Shown one piece after another: positions 18,421 to 28,512 of a stretch of 64,000 nucleotides of DNA. The notes beneath the pieces were generated by a model. It searched no databases. It was given only the letters and a program-made list of their open reading frames with translations, and was not told the DNA's origin. The DNA lies in NCBI GenBank assembly GCA_965198065.1, contig CBDAON010000004.1:1600001-1664000 (forward strand). The letters run 5' to 3'. A program made the translations under genes and the position numbers. The first letter of the stretch is position 1. Every line of letters begins with the position of its first letter. Source of the stretch: Longimicrobiales bacterium. Lineage in GTDB: Bacteria > Gemmatimonadota > Gemmatimonadetes > Longimicrobiales > Gaopeijiaceae.

Positions 18421-18600
18421 CGCGGGGAGCTCAAGGGAGGAGGCGGAGGGAAGCCGACCTCTGATACCGGAGGTCGAGGGTTCGGTTCCGGGGGGCCGCC
18501 CGTTTTTTCGCCACCGCATCATGCCGCCCCATGCCGGGGTGTAACTGAAAGAAACACAGCAGGGCAGCCAGTCGAGGACTTGGTCGGGGGGAAACCGTAA

Positions 18601-18790
18601 ATGAGAAGCCGGAGCATTGTCGCTCCTTTCGCGGTGGTTCTCGTGATCGGTTGCGGGGACTTGGGGCCTCAGGAATCGGCCCGCATCCGGACCGATTCAC
18701 ATGGTGTATCGCCTTGAGCACTATGTCGAACCAGACGGCCGCCTCGCCCCCGACATCTACCACGTGGTGGTCTCCGTGCCATGGCCGCGC
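18601..18790 (+). pseudogene. Possible frameshifted remnant of a small lipoprotein gene
   Basis: ATG 18601 encodes MRSRSIVAPFAVVLVIGC (lipobox) and stops at 18717. Removing one base near 18699 continues it into MVYRLEHYVEPDG. Confidence 0.3.
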
Positions 18791-18967
18791 TCGTCTCGGG
18801 CAGCCACGGGAGGGCGCGCGCGACTCGCACCTTCTCACGCGCAGTACCCTTGTCCGGCGCTGGCGCGCGGACGTCTCGGCGGCCAGGCACGCGGTGCGCC
18901 CGCCGAGCCGACGGCCGGCCCTTCCGAGCCACGGTCCCGATTACCGTCTCCGACCGGGGCCCGCCTG

Positions 18968-20282
18968 GTGAGCCGGCCCCTCGATCTCGACGATCTGACG
19001 CCGCGCCAGGTGCGCGCCTTCCGGCGCTCCATCCTCCGCTTCTACGACGAGCGCGGGCGCGATCTGCCGTGGCGGGAGACCCAAGATCCGTATGCGATCC
19101 TCGTCTCGGAGGTGATGCTCCAACAGACGCGCGTCGAGACGGTGGTTCCGTACTACGAGAAGTGGATCGCGCGCTTCCCCAGCATCGGCGCACTGGCCGA
19201 AGCGGAGACGGACGAGGTGCTCAAGCTCTGGGAGGGGTTAGGGTACTACGCGCGTGCGCGGAACCTCCGTTACGAGCAGACTTGATGTTCGTCCAATAGT
19301 CGGGTACTACGCGCGTGCGCGGAACCTCCACCGAGCCGTGCGAGAGATCGAGGCCCGCTACGACGGCTGGATCCCCGGGGACCCTGACGAGCTCCGGGGC
19401 CTCCCGGGGATCGGCGCGTACACGGCTGGGGCGGTGGCCTCGATCGCGTTCGACGTGCCGGTCCCCGCGGTGGACGGGAACGTGCGTCGCGTCCTCGCCC
19501 GGTTGGCCGACGACCCGGCGCCTCCCCTGGCCCGGCTCGAACGCTGGGCGTCACGCCTCGTGGATCCGGACCGGCCCGGTGCGTTCAACCAGGATCTGAT
19601 GGAGCTTGGGTCGACGTTGTGCACGGCCCGCGCCCCCGTGTGTGGCAGCTGCCCGGCCGGCAGGTGGTGCCGAGCGCGCCAGTCGGGCACCGTCGAGATG
19701 CGGCCGCGTCGGAACCCCAAGCGCGGCGTCCCCACTCTGACAGAAGCCGTCGTGATCCTCGTCGACCTAGCTGACGGGGACTGGAGGATTCTGCTGAGGA
19801 AGCGACCGGAGCAAGGGCTCCTGGCCGGGCTGTGGGAGTTCCCGGGCCGACCCGTGGGGTCGAGGCGGAGCGCACGGGCCGAGGCGCTGACCTGGCGTGG
19901 GAGCTGGTGGGGGCGGAGCGGGGGCCGAAGAACGGAGTCTGGTCTGCGCCCGATGCCGGGGACGCGGTGGCCGGTCTGCTCTTCGGTCGCGAGGCCGTCG
20001 CGCTACCCCCTCTCGAACACGCCTTCTCTCATCGGCGAGTGCGGTATTTGCCGTTCCTTAGTCTCGGTGGATGGGGCTTGCCGCGACGAGGGGCCCGAGA
20101 GTGGTATGCCGAGAACCGGAGGGGGCGAGAGTGGGTCGGGGTCTGGACGACCGGTGGGGGGAGCGCCTCGGTGGATCCACCGAGGCGAGGAATCGGATCT
20201 CGCACTTCCCTCGGCTCAGCGAGAGCTACTCCGGCGTGCCTGGGACCAGCTTTCGGAGCTCGCCCGTAGAAGACGGACGTGA
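18968..20282 (+). pseudogene. mutY: A/G-specific adenine glycosylase MutY, disrupted
   Basis: RDLPWR, SEVMLQQT, GLGYYARARNL, LPGIGAYTA, VDGNV, Fe-S loop CX6CX2CX5C, GLLAGLWEFP, HAFSH. A 61-bp insertion gives TGA at 19283. Two more compensating frameshifts near 19889 and 20058. Confidence 0.9.
19241..19329 (+). repeat. Exact 28-bp direct repeat flanking a 33-bp unique insert (one repeat-spacer-repeat unit, CRISPR type I-E-like geometry)
   Basis: GGGTACTACGCGCGTGCGCGGAACCTCC at 19241-19268 and 19302-19329. Insert GTTACGAGCAGACTTGATGTTCGTCCAATAGTC at 19269-19301. Confidence 0.95.
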
Positions 20283-20286
20283 CGGC

Positions 20287-21702
20287 TCAGCTCCCGTGCC
20301 GTGCCCTCACGTAGCCGCCGTCCGTTCGGGAGATCCGCCGCTCCGCGACGAGCGCCTCGAGCGCGAGCTCGCAGGCGGCAACGCGGACGCCGTCGCTGGC
20401 CTTGGCCGAAGCGAGTCCGGTGGCGACCACGAGCTGGAGCAGGCCGGTGACCTGCTCGAAGCCCTGAACGCACGCTCGAGCACCGGCGTCTGCCGAGATC
20501 TGGAGCGCTCCCCCGGACTCGAAGTAATCCACGATGTCCTCGACATCGGCGCCTCCGGCGCGCTCGTCGAAGGCGTCCCGCGCGGCGGCCGCAATAAGGT
20601 CCCGAGCGATCCGCGCCGATCCCTGTAGCTCGCCGTCGTACTCGAGCTCCATCTTCCCGGTGATCATCGGGAGCGCGGCGACCACGTCTCCGATCCGCGG
20701 GACCACGCAATCCTCCTGGAGCCGGAGGGCCCGCCGCTCCGCGCTGGAGACCGCTCCCTCGAGCACCGAGATCGGCAGCCGCTGGCTCACGCCGGAGCGC
20801 TGGTCTATGCGCTTGTCGCTCCGGGCGAGGAAAGCGATCCGCTCGATTAATTCCGAGAGGAAGTCCGGGATCTCAACCGGCACCCCGTCCCGCTCGACCC
20901 ACGCCTCCTGCTGAGTGATCGTTGTCCCGGTCTCGACGTCGTGCGGGTAGTGCGTTCGGATCTCCGAGCCGATCCGGTCCTTCAGAGGAGTGATGATCTT
21001 GCCCCGTGCCGTATAGTCCTCTGGGTTGGCTGTGAAGACCATCAGGACGTCTAGGGGGAGCCGGATGGGGAACCCCTTGATCTGGATGTCTCCCTCCTGG
21101 AGGATGTTGAACAGGCCGACCTGGATCTTCCCGGATAGGTCGGGGAGCTCGTTGATCGCGAAGATCCCCCGGTTCGCTCTTGGGAGGAGTCCGTAGTGGA
21201 TCGTTAGCTCGTCCGAGAGGAGGTGGCCTCCCCGGGCGGCCTTGATCGGGTCAACGTCTCCAATGAGGTCGGCCACCGTCACGTCGGGCGTGGCCAGCTT
21301 CTCCACGTAGCGGGCGTCGCGCTCAACCCACGCGATCGGTGCGTCGTCCCCAGCTTCCTCGAGGAGCAGCCTCCCCTCCCTGGAGATGGGGGAGAAGGGG
21401 TCGTCGTTGACCTCGCTTCCCTGGAGCACGGGGATCTCCGGGTCGAGGAAGCGCACGAGCTCCCGGAGGATCCGGCTCTTCGCCTGTCCGCGGAGGCCAA
21501 GGAGGACGAAGGCGTGCCGCGCGAGGAGCGCGTTCACGATCTGCGGGATGACCGTGTCGCCGTATCCGCGAATGCCGGGCAAGAGCTCTCCGCCTTCCCG
21601 GATCGTGCGGACCAGGTTTCCACGCACCTCGTCCCTGACGGGGCGGGACCGATACCCGGCTTCTCTTAGGGCTCCGAGGGTCGAGGGGCGACCCCTGGTC
21701 AC
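20287..21702 (-). CDS. Magnesium-chelatase-subunit-I-like AAA+ ATPase
   Basis: GLRGQAKS Walker A variant, AINELPDL, FTANPEDY, LKDRIGS. GTG 21702 overlaps the upstream stop. Confidence 0.88.
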   Translation of the reverse strand: MTRGRPSTLGALREAGYRSRPVRDEVRGNLVRTIREGGELLPGIRGYGDTVIPQIVNALLARHAFVLLGLRGQAKSRILRELVRFLDPEIPVLQGSEVNDDPFSPISREGRLLLEEAGDDAPIAWVERDARYVEKLATPDVTVADLIGDVDPIKAARGGHLLSDELTIHYGLLPRANRGIFAINELPDLSGKIQVGLFNILQEGDIQIKGFPIRLPLDVLMVFTANPEDYTARGKIITPLKDRIGSEIRTHYPHDVETGTTITQQEAWVERDGVPVEIPDFLSELIERIAFLARSDKRIDQRSGVSQRLPISVLEGAVSSAERRALRLQEDCVVPRIGDVVAALPMITGKMELEYDGELQGSARIARDLIAAAARDAFDERAGGADVEDIVDYFESGGALQISADAGARACVQGFEQVTGLLQLVVATGLASAKASDGVRVAACELALEALVAERRISRTDGGYVRARHGS

Positions 21703-23819
21703 TGGCACGTCACTGACTCCGCGCAGCTGTAAAGGGCTGCGTACACCCGGGCGTACTGCTGCACCCGCCTCACGTAGTTCCGGGTCTCCGGGAACGGGAT
21801 GTGTTCCAGGAAGACGTCCGGGTCCCGGTACGCCGCGATCTGCTGCCATTGCCTCGTTCGGCCGGGGCCCGCGTTGTAGGCCGATAGGACGGCTTCGGGA
21901 CGGGCGCCAAACCGGCTGGTCATCTGGGCCAGGTACGTGGTTCCGAGCCGGATGTTCGTCTCGGGGTCCGTGAGCACCTCGGGGGAATACACGATGCCGA
22001 GGGAGCCCGCGACCTCGCGAGCCGTGGGAGGCATGAGCTGCATGAGCCCCACGGCGCCCGACGAGCTCATGATGGGAGCGTGAAAGAGCGACTCCTGACG
22101 GATGACTCCCGCCACGAAATGGGGATCGAGCCCCCGAGCCTGGGCTTCGCGCGCCACGGCATCCCGGTACGGGAACGGATAGACGATGCGAAGGAGGCGG
22201 AGGTTCCACTCTCCCTCCCGGCGAAACAGCTCCCAACCCAGCGCGATCCCTTCGAGAGGGAACCCGTCATGGATTAGCGCCTCCGCAAAGTCGTAGCCGC
22301 CGTCGCCCCGGGCGTGGAAGTGCGCCGAGAGCCTGTCCACCTCGAAGTCCACGGTTCCCGGGATGTCTAGGATGCGGAGGACCTTCAGGCGAAGGAGGGC
22401 GTTTCTGAGCTCGAGCTCCAGGCCCGGCACCGGGTCAGGCCCCTCCCCCAGGTCGGCAGGGATTACAGGGATGGCGAGCCGCTCCCCCGCTCGGAGCCCG
22501 TAGTAGGAGAACGGATCTTCCGCGTGCGTCTCGGCCCAGACCGTCTCGGCGGCGGGTGTGTCCCCCGCTCGCTCCCGAACGAGGGCCGTCCAGTAAGCGG
22601 CCTGCTGCCGCGCCGCCGTGCCACGGCCTGCGCCCCGGTAGCGCTCGAAGACGCTGGCGGCGGCCTCGTACTCCCCCGCCAGGTAGGAATCGGCGCCGAG
22701 CTGGGTCACGAGGCTCTCGGCGGAGACTCCCGTCACGCTAACGGAAAGCAGATCGTCCAGAAGCGCGCGAGCCCGGGGTCCGAAGCCGGTCGACCGCTCT
22801 CGCTCGAGGAGGAGGGTCAGGCCGTCGGCGGCGAGCGACGACCCCGGATCCACCTCACCGATTCGGCGGAACGCGGTCCTGGCTTCGTCCATGGCCCCGC
22901 GGGCCATGGCGGAGCGTCCCGTCCAGAACAGCGCCGCCGGCGTGTAGTCGGACGGGGGATCCGCGCTGGCGAGGGGGGCCAGCACTCGGGTGGCCTCCGC
23001 GTATCGGCGGATCTCGGCGAGCCCCCGGCCCAGGGCGGCCAGGACCTCGTCCCCCTCGGAGGACGCGAACCGGTCACCCGACAGGTGAGACGCGAGCCGT
23101 CGAACGGCCTCCTCCCACTCTCCCGCGGCGAGGAGGGCCCGGCCGAGCGCGAGATTCCGTTCTTCGTCCAACTCACCCTCGATCTCGTCGAGCAGCGCCG
23201 CTGCGTCCCGGGCCCCGCTGTAGCGGTCACCGAGGGCCAGAGCCTCCCACAAATCCTCCCTGGTCTGCGCGGTGTCTCCGGCCGCAAGGGACAGCTGTCC
23301 CGCCTGGAGCCACAGGCGCGCCTGGACCGAGGCCTCGGGGCCGGCCCGCACACCGTCCACGGCGACCTCGCGGGCCCCGTCCAGGTCCTCCGCTCGCTCG
23401 TGGGCGTCGATCAGGATCCGCCGGCCCCAGCGGGAGTCGAGATCCGGCACGGGCGCGAGGTCGCCCAGGGCCTGCCGCGTGCCCGCGGGATCCGCGGCCC
23501 GCGAGTGGACCTCCGCCCGGAGGAGTGGGCTCCAGTCCTCGATAGGGGCGAGATCCTCCAGGATGGAGGCGGCCAGTGCGGCGCGCTCCGGCGCCTCGCC
23601 CTCCCTGACGTCTTCGACGGCCTCCTCGAGCTGCTCGAGGAGCGCGGTCTCGGCCCCGGCGTCGAGGGCCGGGCGGGAGAGATAGTACGGGAGCGGATCC
23701 TGCTCGCCGACCTCGTCCGCCAGGGCCTCGACGGCGCCGCGGTCGATCGGGGCCGTGCATGACGCCTGGAGGAGGAGGACGAGCCCCGACCAGGCCGGGA
23801 TCCTCGACCAGATCCTCAT
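21699..23819 (-). CDS. Slt-type lytic transglycosylase with TPR-like region, probable lipoprotein
   Basis: IRQES, GLMQLMP, AYNAG, FPETRNYV. N-terminal LLQASC. Confidence 0.9.
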   Translation of the reverse strand: MRIWSRIPAWSGLVLLLQASCTAPIDRGAVEALADEVGEQDPLPYYLSRPALDAGAETALLEQLEEAVEDVREGEAPERAALAASILEDLAPIEDWSPLLRAEVHSRAADPAGTRQALGDLAPVPDLDSRWGRRILIDAHERAEDLDGAREVAVDGVRAGPEASVQARLWLQAGQLSLAAGDTAQTREDLWEALALGDRYSGARDAAALLDEIEGELDEERNLALGRALLAAGEWEEAVRRLASHLSGDRFASSEGDEVLAALGRGLAEIRRYAEATRVLAPLASADPPSDYTPAALFWTGRSAMARGAMDEARTAFRRIGEVDPGSSLAADGLTLLLERERSTGFGPRARALLDDLLSVSVTGVSAESLVTQLGADSYLAGEYEAAASVFERYRGAGRGTAARQQAAYWTALVRERAGDTPAAETVWAETHAEDPFSYYGLRAGERLAIPVIPADLGEGPDPVPGLELELRNALLRLKVLRILDIPGTVDFEVDRLSAHFHARGDGGYDFAEALIHDGFPLEGIALGWELFRREGEWNLRLLRIVYPFPYRDAVAREAQARGLDPHFVAGVIRQESLFHAPIMSSSGAVGLMQLMPPTAREVAGSLGIVYSPEVLTDPETNIRLGTTYLAQMTSRFGARPEAVLSAYNAGPGRTRQWQQIAAYRDPDVFLEHIPFPETRNYVRRVQQYARVYAALYSCAESVTCQ

Positions 23820-25015
23820 GATTCCATCAGGCCCACGCGGTCGAGCCGCCGGGTGATGTCCGTGCCCGAGATGATCCCAAGAACCTCGCGCTCGTGGGCG
23901 ACGAGCGCGCGGTGGGTCTCCGATTCGCGCATGCGCTCCAGCACCGTCGTCATGGGCGTCTCCGGCCCGACCACGAGGGTCTCGTCCAGCGGTGCCATGA
24001 CGTCCGCCACCGTCTTCGTCTGCCAGTCCTCGCGCGGAACCTGCTTTACCCGGCCGAGAGTGATAAGCCCGACCAGGAGGCCGCCGCTCGCGACCGGGAA
24101 CGAGTTGTACGGCCGGCGCAGAAAGTACTCGTGGACCAGGGCGTCGAGCGATAGGTCGGGGGAAACCGTCTCCGGCTCGGGAGACATCGCCTCCCTCGCG
24201 GTGAGGGGCCGTAGGAGCTCCTGGAGGAGCACCTGCTGATAGCTGGCTCGAGCCGCGTTAGAGAGGAACCAGCCGATGAAGACGAGCCACAGCCCACCGA
24301 TGTAACCGCCCGCCACGACAAAGGCGTAGATCCCCAGCGCGATGATCCCCCACCCCAGAAGCCTTCCGGCCCCCGTCGCTATCCTGGTCGCCCGCCGAAG
24401 GGAGCCGGTCGTCTTCCAGAGCGTGGCCCGAAGGAGCCGACCGCCGTCCAGCGGGAACCCGGGCAGCAGATTGAAGACCGCGAGCGTGACATTAAGGAAA
24501 CCGAGGTATTCCGCTACGACCGCGGTGGCCAGCCCGAACCCCAGAGCCCCGGAGCCGGCCGCCGCGCCGTAGAACAGGGCCGCGAGGGCGAAGGAGGCCA
24601 GCGGCCCGACGCCGGCAATCACGAACTCGTCTCCGGGGGACGATGCCTCGCTCGCCGTCCGGGCCATGCCGCCGAAGATGAAGAGCGTGATGCCCTCCAC
24701 CTCAATTCCCTTCGCGCGCGCCACGAACGAGTGGGCAAGCTCGTGGAGCAGGAGCGACGTGAAGAAGAGGAGCGTCCCCGTCACCCCCATCACCAGATAC
24801 GCGACGCGGCTGAGACCCGGCACCCCCCCCGGGAACACGGCGCCCGTGAAGGTGGCCAGGATCACGAAGAAGATGATGAACCACGAATAGTCGAGAGAGA
24901 TCTCGAATCCACGTACGGACCCCAGTCGGAGCGCCCCGCGACCGCTCGCGTGCCGCGATCCGACCGCCGCGGCCGAGAGGCCTGGGGGACCAGTCGTCTC
25001 GGCGGAAGGAGCCAT
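23816..25015 (-). CDS. Site-2 protease (M50) with tandem CBS domains
   Basis: HELAH, FNLLPGFPLDGG, C-terminal CBS pair. Start 25015 or 25051. Confidence 0.92.
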   Translation of the reverse strand: MAPSAETTGPPGLSAAAVGSRHASGRGALRLGSVRGFEISLDYSWFIIFFVILATFTGAVFPGGVPGLSRVAYLVMGVTGTLLFFTSLLLHELAHSFVARAKGIEVEGITLFIFGGMARTASEASSPGDEFVIAGVGPLASFALAALFYGAAAGSGALGFGLATAVVAEYLGFLNVTLAVFNLLPGFPLDGGRLLRATLWKTTGSLRRATRIATGAGRLLGWGIIALGIYAFVVAGGYIGGLWLVFIGWFLSNAARASYQQVLLQELLRPLTAREAMSPEPETVSPDLSLDALVHEYFLRRPYNSFPVASGGLLVGLITLGRVKQVPREDWQTKTVADVMAPLDETLVVGPETPMTTVLERMRESETHRALVAHEREVLGIISGTDITRRLDRVGLMES

Positions 25016-25207
25016 GTGTGGACGCTCTCGAAGGCTACGACGCACGCTCATCAGCGGTTTCCCGGGTCATTTTGACAGAACCCCCGCCGGAGAGGCACGT
25101 TCCGAGGGCGCAGATCGTGGCAGGGTTCGTGCCGTGTCAAGCACCGCTTCCGGGTCGTCCGTCCCTGAAGCGCGTGGTGGTACGAGAACCAGAGGGGCTG
25201 ACCCGAG

Positions 25208-27859
25208 ATGGCCGAGCGATTCAAACTCCCCGTCCTTCCTCTGAGGGACACGGTCGTATACCCCGGCGTAGCCGTGCCGATCTCGGCCGGCCGGCCCGGG
25301 ACCGTGGAAGCCGTGCAAAAAGCGCTCGAAGGGGATCGCCGACTCTTCGCGGTCGCGCAGAAGGAGAATGCCGAGGACGCCACCGCCGAAGTCCTGTACT
25401 CCGTGGGCGTCGTCGTGCGAGTCATCCAGGCCCATCGGGTCCGGGGAGGCCTCCAGCTTCTGGTTCTGGGAGACCAGCGGGCCGAGGCCATCCATTACGA
25501 GTCGGCTGGGACGAACACGCTCCACGCTACGCTCATCGGCTTGAACCGCTTCCCGCCCCGGAGCCTGGAGGACCCCCCCTTCCAGGCGTTGGACAAGGAG
25601 CTGCGCGACCGCTCCGCGGAGCTGGGGACGCGGCGGGGCCTACCGGCGGAGGCGCTGAACCAGCTGATCCAGGGCGTGGACGACCCCGGGTCGTTCGCGG
25701 ACCTCGTGGCCTTCTATCTCGATCTCCCCGCAGCCGACAAGCAGAAGCTCCTCGAGGTGCTGGACGACGAGGAGCGCATGCGGCGCGCGCTCGTCGGCGT
25801 TGAGCGGGAGCTGGCCCGGATCGAGGCGCAGGAGGAGATCCAGGCGCGGGTCCAAGAGGAGCTGGGAGAGCGCCAGCGGGAGATGCTCCTGCGCGAGCAG
25901 ATGAAGCAGATTCAACGCGAGCTCGGTGACGAGGACGAGAAGCAGGAAGTCGAGGAGTTGGGGGCGAGGATCGAGGCCCTCGACCTCGACGAGGATGCAC
26001 GGGTGGAGGTGGAGCGCGAGCTCCGGCGCCTCGAGCGGACGACGCCACAGTCGGCCGAGTACCAGGTGATCCGCACGTTCCTCGAATGGGTGACCGAGTT
26101 GCCGTGGAACCAGCGGACCGAGGACAAGATCGACCTCGACATCGCGCAGGAGATCCTTCACGAGGACCATTACGGGCTGGAGGACGTGAAGGACCGGGTC
26201 CTTGAGTTCTTGGCCGTCCGGAAGCTCCAGATGGAGCGGAGCCCCAAGCCGGCTCCGGACGAGGGTGCGAACGGCGGTGCGGAGACCCTGCCGGTGGACG
26301 AGGTGCTCGAGCCGGCGGGCGCCGGCGCTGTAGGCCGCAGGGTCGGGAACGGCCAGGCCGAAGGTGATCAGGCCGGAAACGGGAAGGCGGGGACCCCCTC
26401 GGAGGGAGAACCACTGGTGACACCGGAGTCGCCGGCGGAGCCGGCCGGCCCCGAGCGACCCGCAGAACGGACGGGCCAACCGACCGGGGAGCTCGTGGGG
26501 AAGGGACCGATCCTCCTGTTCACGGGTCCGCCGGGAGTCGGTAAGACGTCTATCGCCCAGTCCATCGCGAGAGCGCTCGGGCGGAAATACGTGAGGATCT
26601 CCCTCGGCGGAGCGCGGGACGAGGCCGACATACGCGGCCATCGCCGCACTTACGTGGGCGCCATGCCCGGGCGGATCCTTCAGGGGATTAGGCAGGCCAA
26701 ATCCAAGAACCCCGTGTTCCTCCTGGACGAGGTGGACAAGCTGGGGATCTCCTTCCAGGGCGATCCGTCCGCGGCGCTGCTCGAGGTCCTGGACCCCGCC
26801 CAGAACTCCTCGTTCACGGACCACTACCTGGGGATCCCGTTCGACCTCTCCGAGGTGTTGTTCATCGCCACGGCGAATTACGTGGACCGGATTCCGGGGC
26901 CGCTCCTCGACCGGATGGAGCGGGTGGACTTCTCGGGATACACCGAGCAGGAGAAGCTGGAGATCGCGAAGCGCTACCTCCTACCCCGCCAGAGGGACGA
27001 GGCGGGGCTGAAGGAGGAGGAGCTCGCGATGACGGACGAGTCGATTGCGGCCCTCACGTCGCAGTACACGCGGGAAGCAGGAGTCCGGCAGCTGGAGCGG
27101 GCGCTGGGCAAGGTTGCCCGGAAGGTGGCTCGGCGGATCGCGGCCGGTGAAGCGGACGAGTTCGTGGTCACGCCGGCGCAGATCCGCGAGCTCCTCGGCC
27201 GCCCGAGGGTGCACCCCGAGAAGATGCGGACGGAGGACGCGGCGGGCGTCGCGACCGGGATGTTCTATACGCCCATGGGGGGCGACATCATGTTCGTGGA
27301 AGCCAGCGTGATGCCTGGTGAAGGGGGGCTGGTGCTCACCGGGCAGCTGGGCGACGTCATGAAGGAGTCCGGACGCGCGGCCTGGAGCTTCGCGAAGAGC
27401 CATTGGCGGGAGTATGGAATCCCCGAGAAGTACCTGAAGGGGACGGAGGTCCACATCCACGTGCCCATGGGAGCCATCCCCAAGGACGGACCATCGGCGG
27501 GGATCACGATGGCGACGGGGCTCGTTTCCGCCTTGTCGGGAGAGAAGGTCCGGAGGGACGTGGCGATGACGGGCGAGCTGACCCTGACCGGGCGCGTGCT
27601 TCCAATCGGTGGAGTGAAGGAGAAGGTGCTCGGTGCAGTACGGGCGGGGATCCACGAGATCGTCCTGCCGGCCGAGAACGAGGCGGCCCTGGAAGATATT
27701 CCCGAGTGGGTCAGGGAGACGCTTACCATCCACTTGGTGCACCATCTGGACGACGTGCTCCAGGTGGCGCTCGGCCCCGCATTCGTGCGGCCCGTCGAGA
27801 CCGTGCCGCCGGTCCCAGGTCCGAAGCGGCGGAAGAGGACGCGGACCGAGGTGGGGTGA
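25208..27859 (+). CDS. lon: ATP-dependent Lon protease
   Basis: LPVLPLRD N-domain, GPPGVGKTS, LLDEVDK, PKDGPSAG (catalytic Ser), GGVKEK. Confidence 0.97.
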   Translation: MAERFKLPVLPLRDTVVYPGVAVPISAGRPGTVEAVQKALEGDRRLFAVAQKENAEDATAEVLYSVGVVVRVIQAHRVRGGLQLLVLGDQRAEAIHYESAGTNTLHATLIGLNRFPPRSLEDPPFQALDKELRDRSAELGTRRGLPAEALNQLIQGVDDPGSFADLVAFYLDLPAADKQKLLEVLDDEERMRRALVGVERELARIEAQEEIQARVQEELGERQREMLLREQMKQIQRELGDEDEKQEVEELGARIEALDLDEDARVEVERELRRLERTTPQSAEYQVIRTFLEWVTELPWNQRTEDKIDLDIAQEILHEDHYGLEDVKDRVLEFLAVRKLQMERSPKPAPDEGANGGAETLPVDEVLEPAGAGAVGRRVGNGQAEGDQAGNGKAGTPSEGEPLVTPESPAEPAGPERPAERTGQPTGELVGKGPILLFTGPPGVGKTSIAQSIARALGRKYVRISLGGARDEADIRGHRRTYVGAMPGRILQGIRQAKSKNPVFLLDEVDKLGISFQGDPSAALLEVLDPAQNSSFTDHYLGIPFDLSEVLFIATANYVDRIPGPLLDRMERVDFSGYTEQEKLEIAKRYLLPRQRDEAGLKEEELAMTDESIAALTSQYTREAGVRQLERALGKVARKVARRIAAGEADEFVVTPAQIRELLGRPRVHPEKMRTEDAAGVATGMFYTPMGGDIMFVEASVMPGEGGLVLTGQLGDVMKESGRAAWSFAKSHWREYGIPEKYLKGTEVHIHVPMGAIPKDGPSAGITMATGLVSALSGEKVRRDVAMTGELTLTGRVLPIGGVKEKVLGAVRAGIHEIVLPAENEAALEDIPEWVRETLTIHLVHHLDDVLQVALGPAFVRPVETVPPVPGPKRRKRTRTEVG

Positions 27860-27860
27860 C

Positions 27861-28325
27861 TCAGCCCCGCGAGAGCTCGAGGATGGCCTCGAGCTCGGCC
27901 TTCCTCACGGGCTGCACCGAGAGCCGGCTCTGCTTCACGAGCACCATTTCCCGGAGGGCCGGCTTCTCCTTTATCTCTGCGAGCGAGACGATCCGGGGAA
28001 GCTTCTCGACGAAGCCGACGTCCACCAGCCACCACCTGGGCTCGTCCCTCGTGGCTCTCTCGTCGTAATAGCGGCTCTTCGCGTCGAACTGCAGGGGATC
28101 CGGGTACGCCTGGCTCGCGACGCGCGCCACCCCGACGACGCCGCTCGGATCGGCGTTCGAGTGATAGAAGAGGATGGGGTCCCCTACCCTCATCTCGTCC
28201 CGCATGTAGTTACGCGCCTTGTAGTTCCGGACGCCGGTCCAGGGTGTGCGCCGGTCCCTTGCCAGGTCGTCGATCGAGTAATCCCCGGGCTCGCTCTTCG
28301 TCAGCCATCCCCCAGCCTGAGGCAT
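27861..28325 (-). CDS. EVE domain protein
   Basis: WLTKSEP, WTGVRNYKARN, FYHSN, SRLSVQPV. ATG 28325 with GGAGG RBS. Confidence 0.92.
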   Translation of the reverse strand: MPQAGGWLTKSEPGDYSIDDLARDRRTPWTGVRNYKARNYMRDEMRVGDPILFYHSNADPSGVVGVARVASQAYPDPLQFDAKSRYYDERATRDEPRWWLVDVGFVEKLPRIVSLAEIKEKPALREMVLVKQSRLSVQPVRKAELEAILELSRG

Positions 28326-28512
28326 CGGCCCTCCCCCCTGACAGGTCGCCGTCGGTGACCCCACAAACGTGGCGTGCGCGCTTGCCTCCGTCTACCGAGC
28401 CGGCAAGCTTGCCACTCCACCGGTTCGCCGAACGCCCGAGATTTTCTGAATCGGACCGCCTTCATCCGACCCAGGGTATGACCACTTCCCGCCTACGATC
28501 CCCCGCCGACGA

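Noticed and set aside
19241..19329. Calling this a bona fide CRISPR array
   Set aside because: Only two repeats, the repeat is native mutY coding sequence, and no leader or cas genes are in the window. Reported as a repeat and as a finding instead.
20287..21702. True magnesium chelatase for chlorophyll synthesis
   Set aside because: No chelatase H subunit is nearby. It fits the widespread AAA+/VWA pair better.
25072..25140. Divergent TTGACA hexamers between the site-2 protease gene and lon
   Set aside because: No convincing -10 element at 17-nt spacing on either strand.
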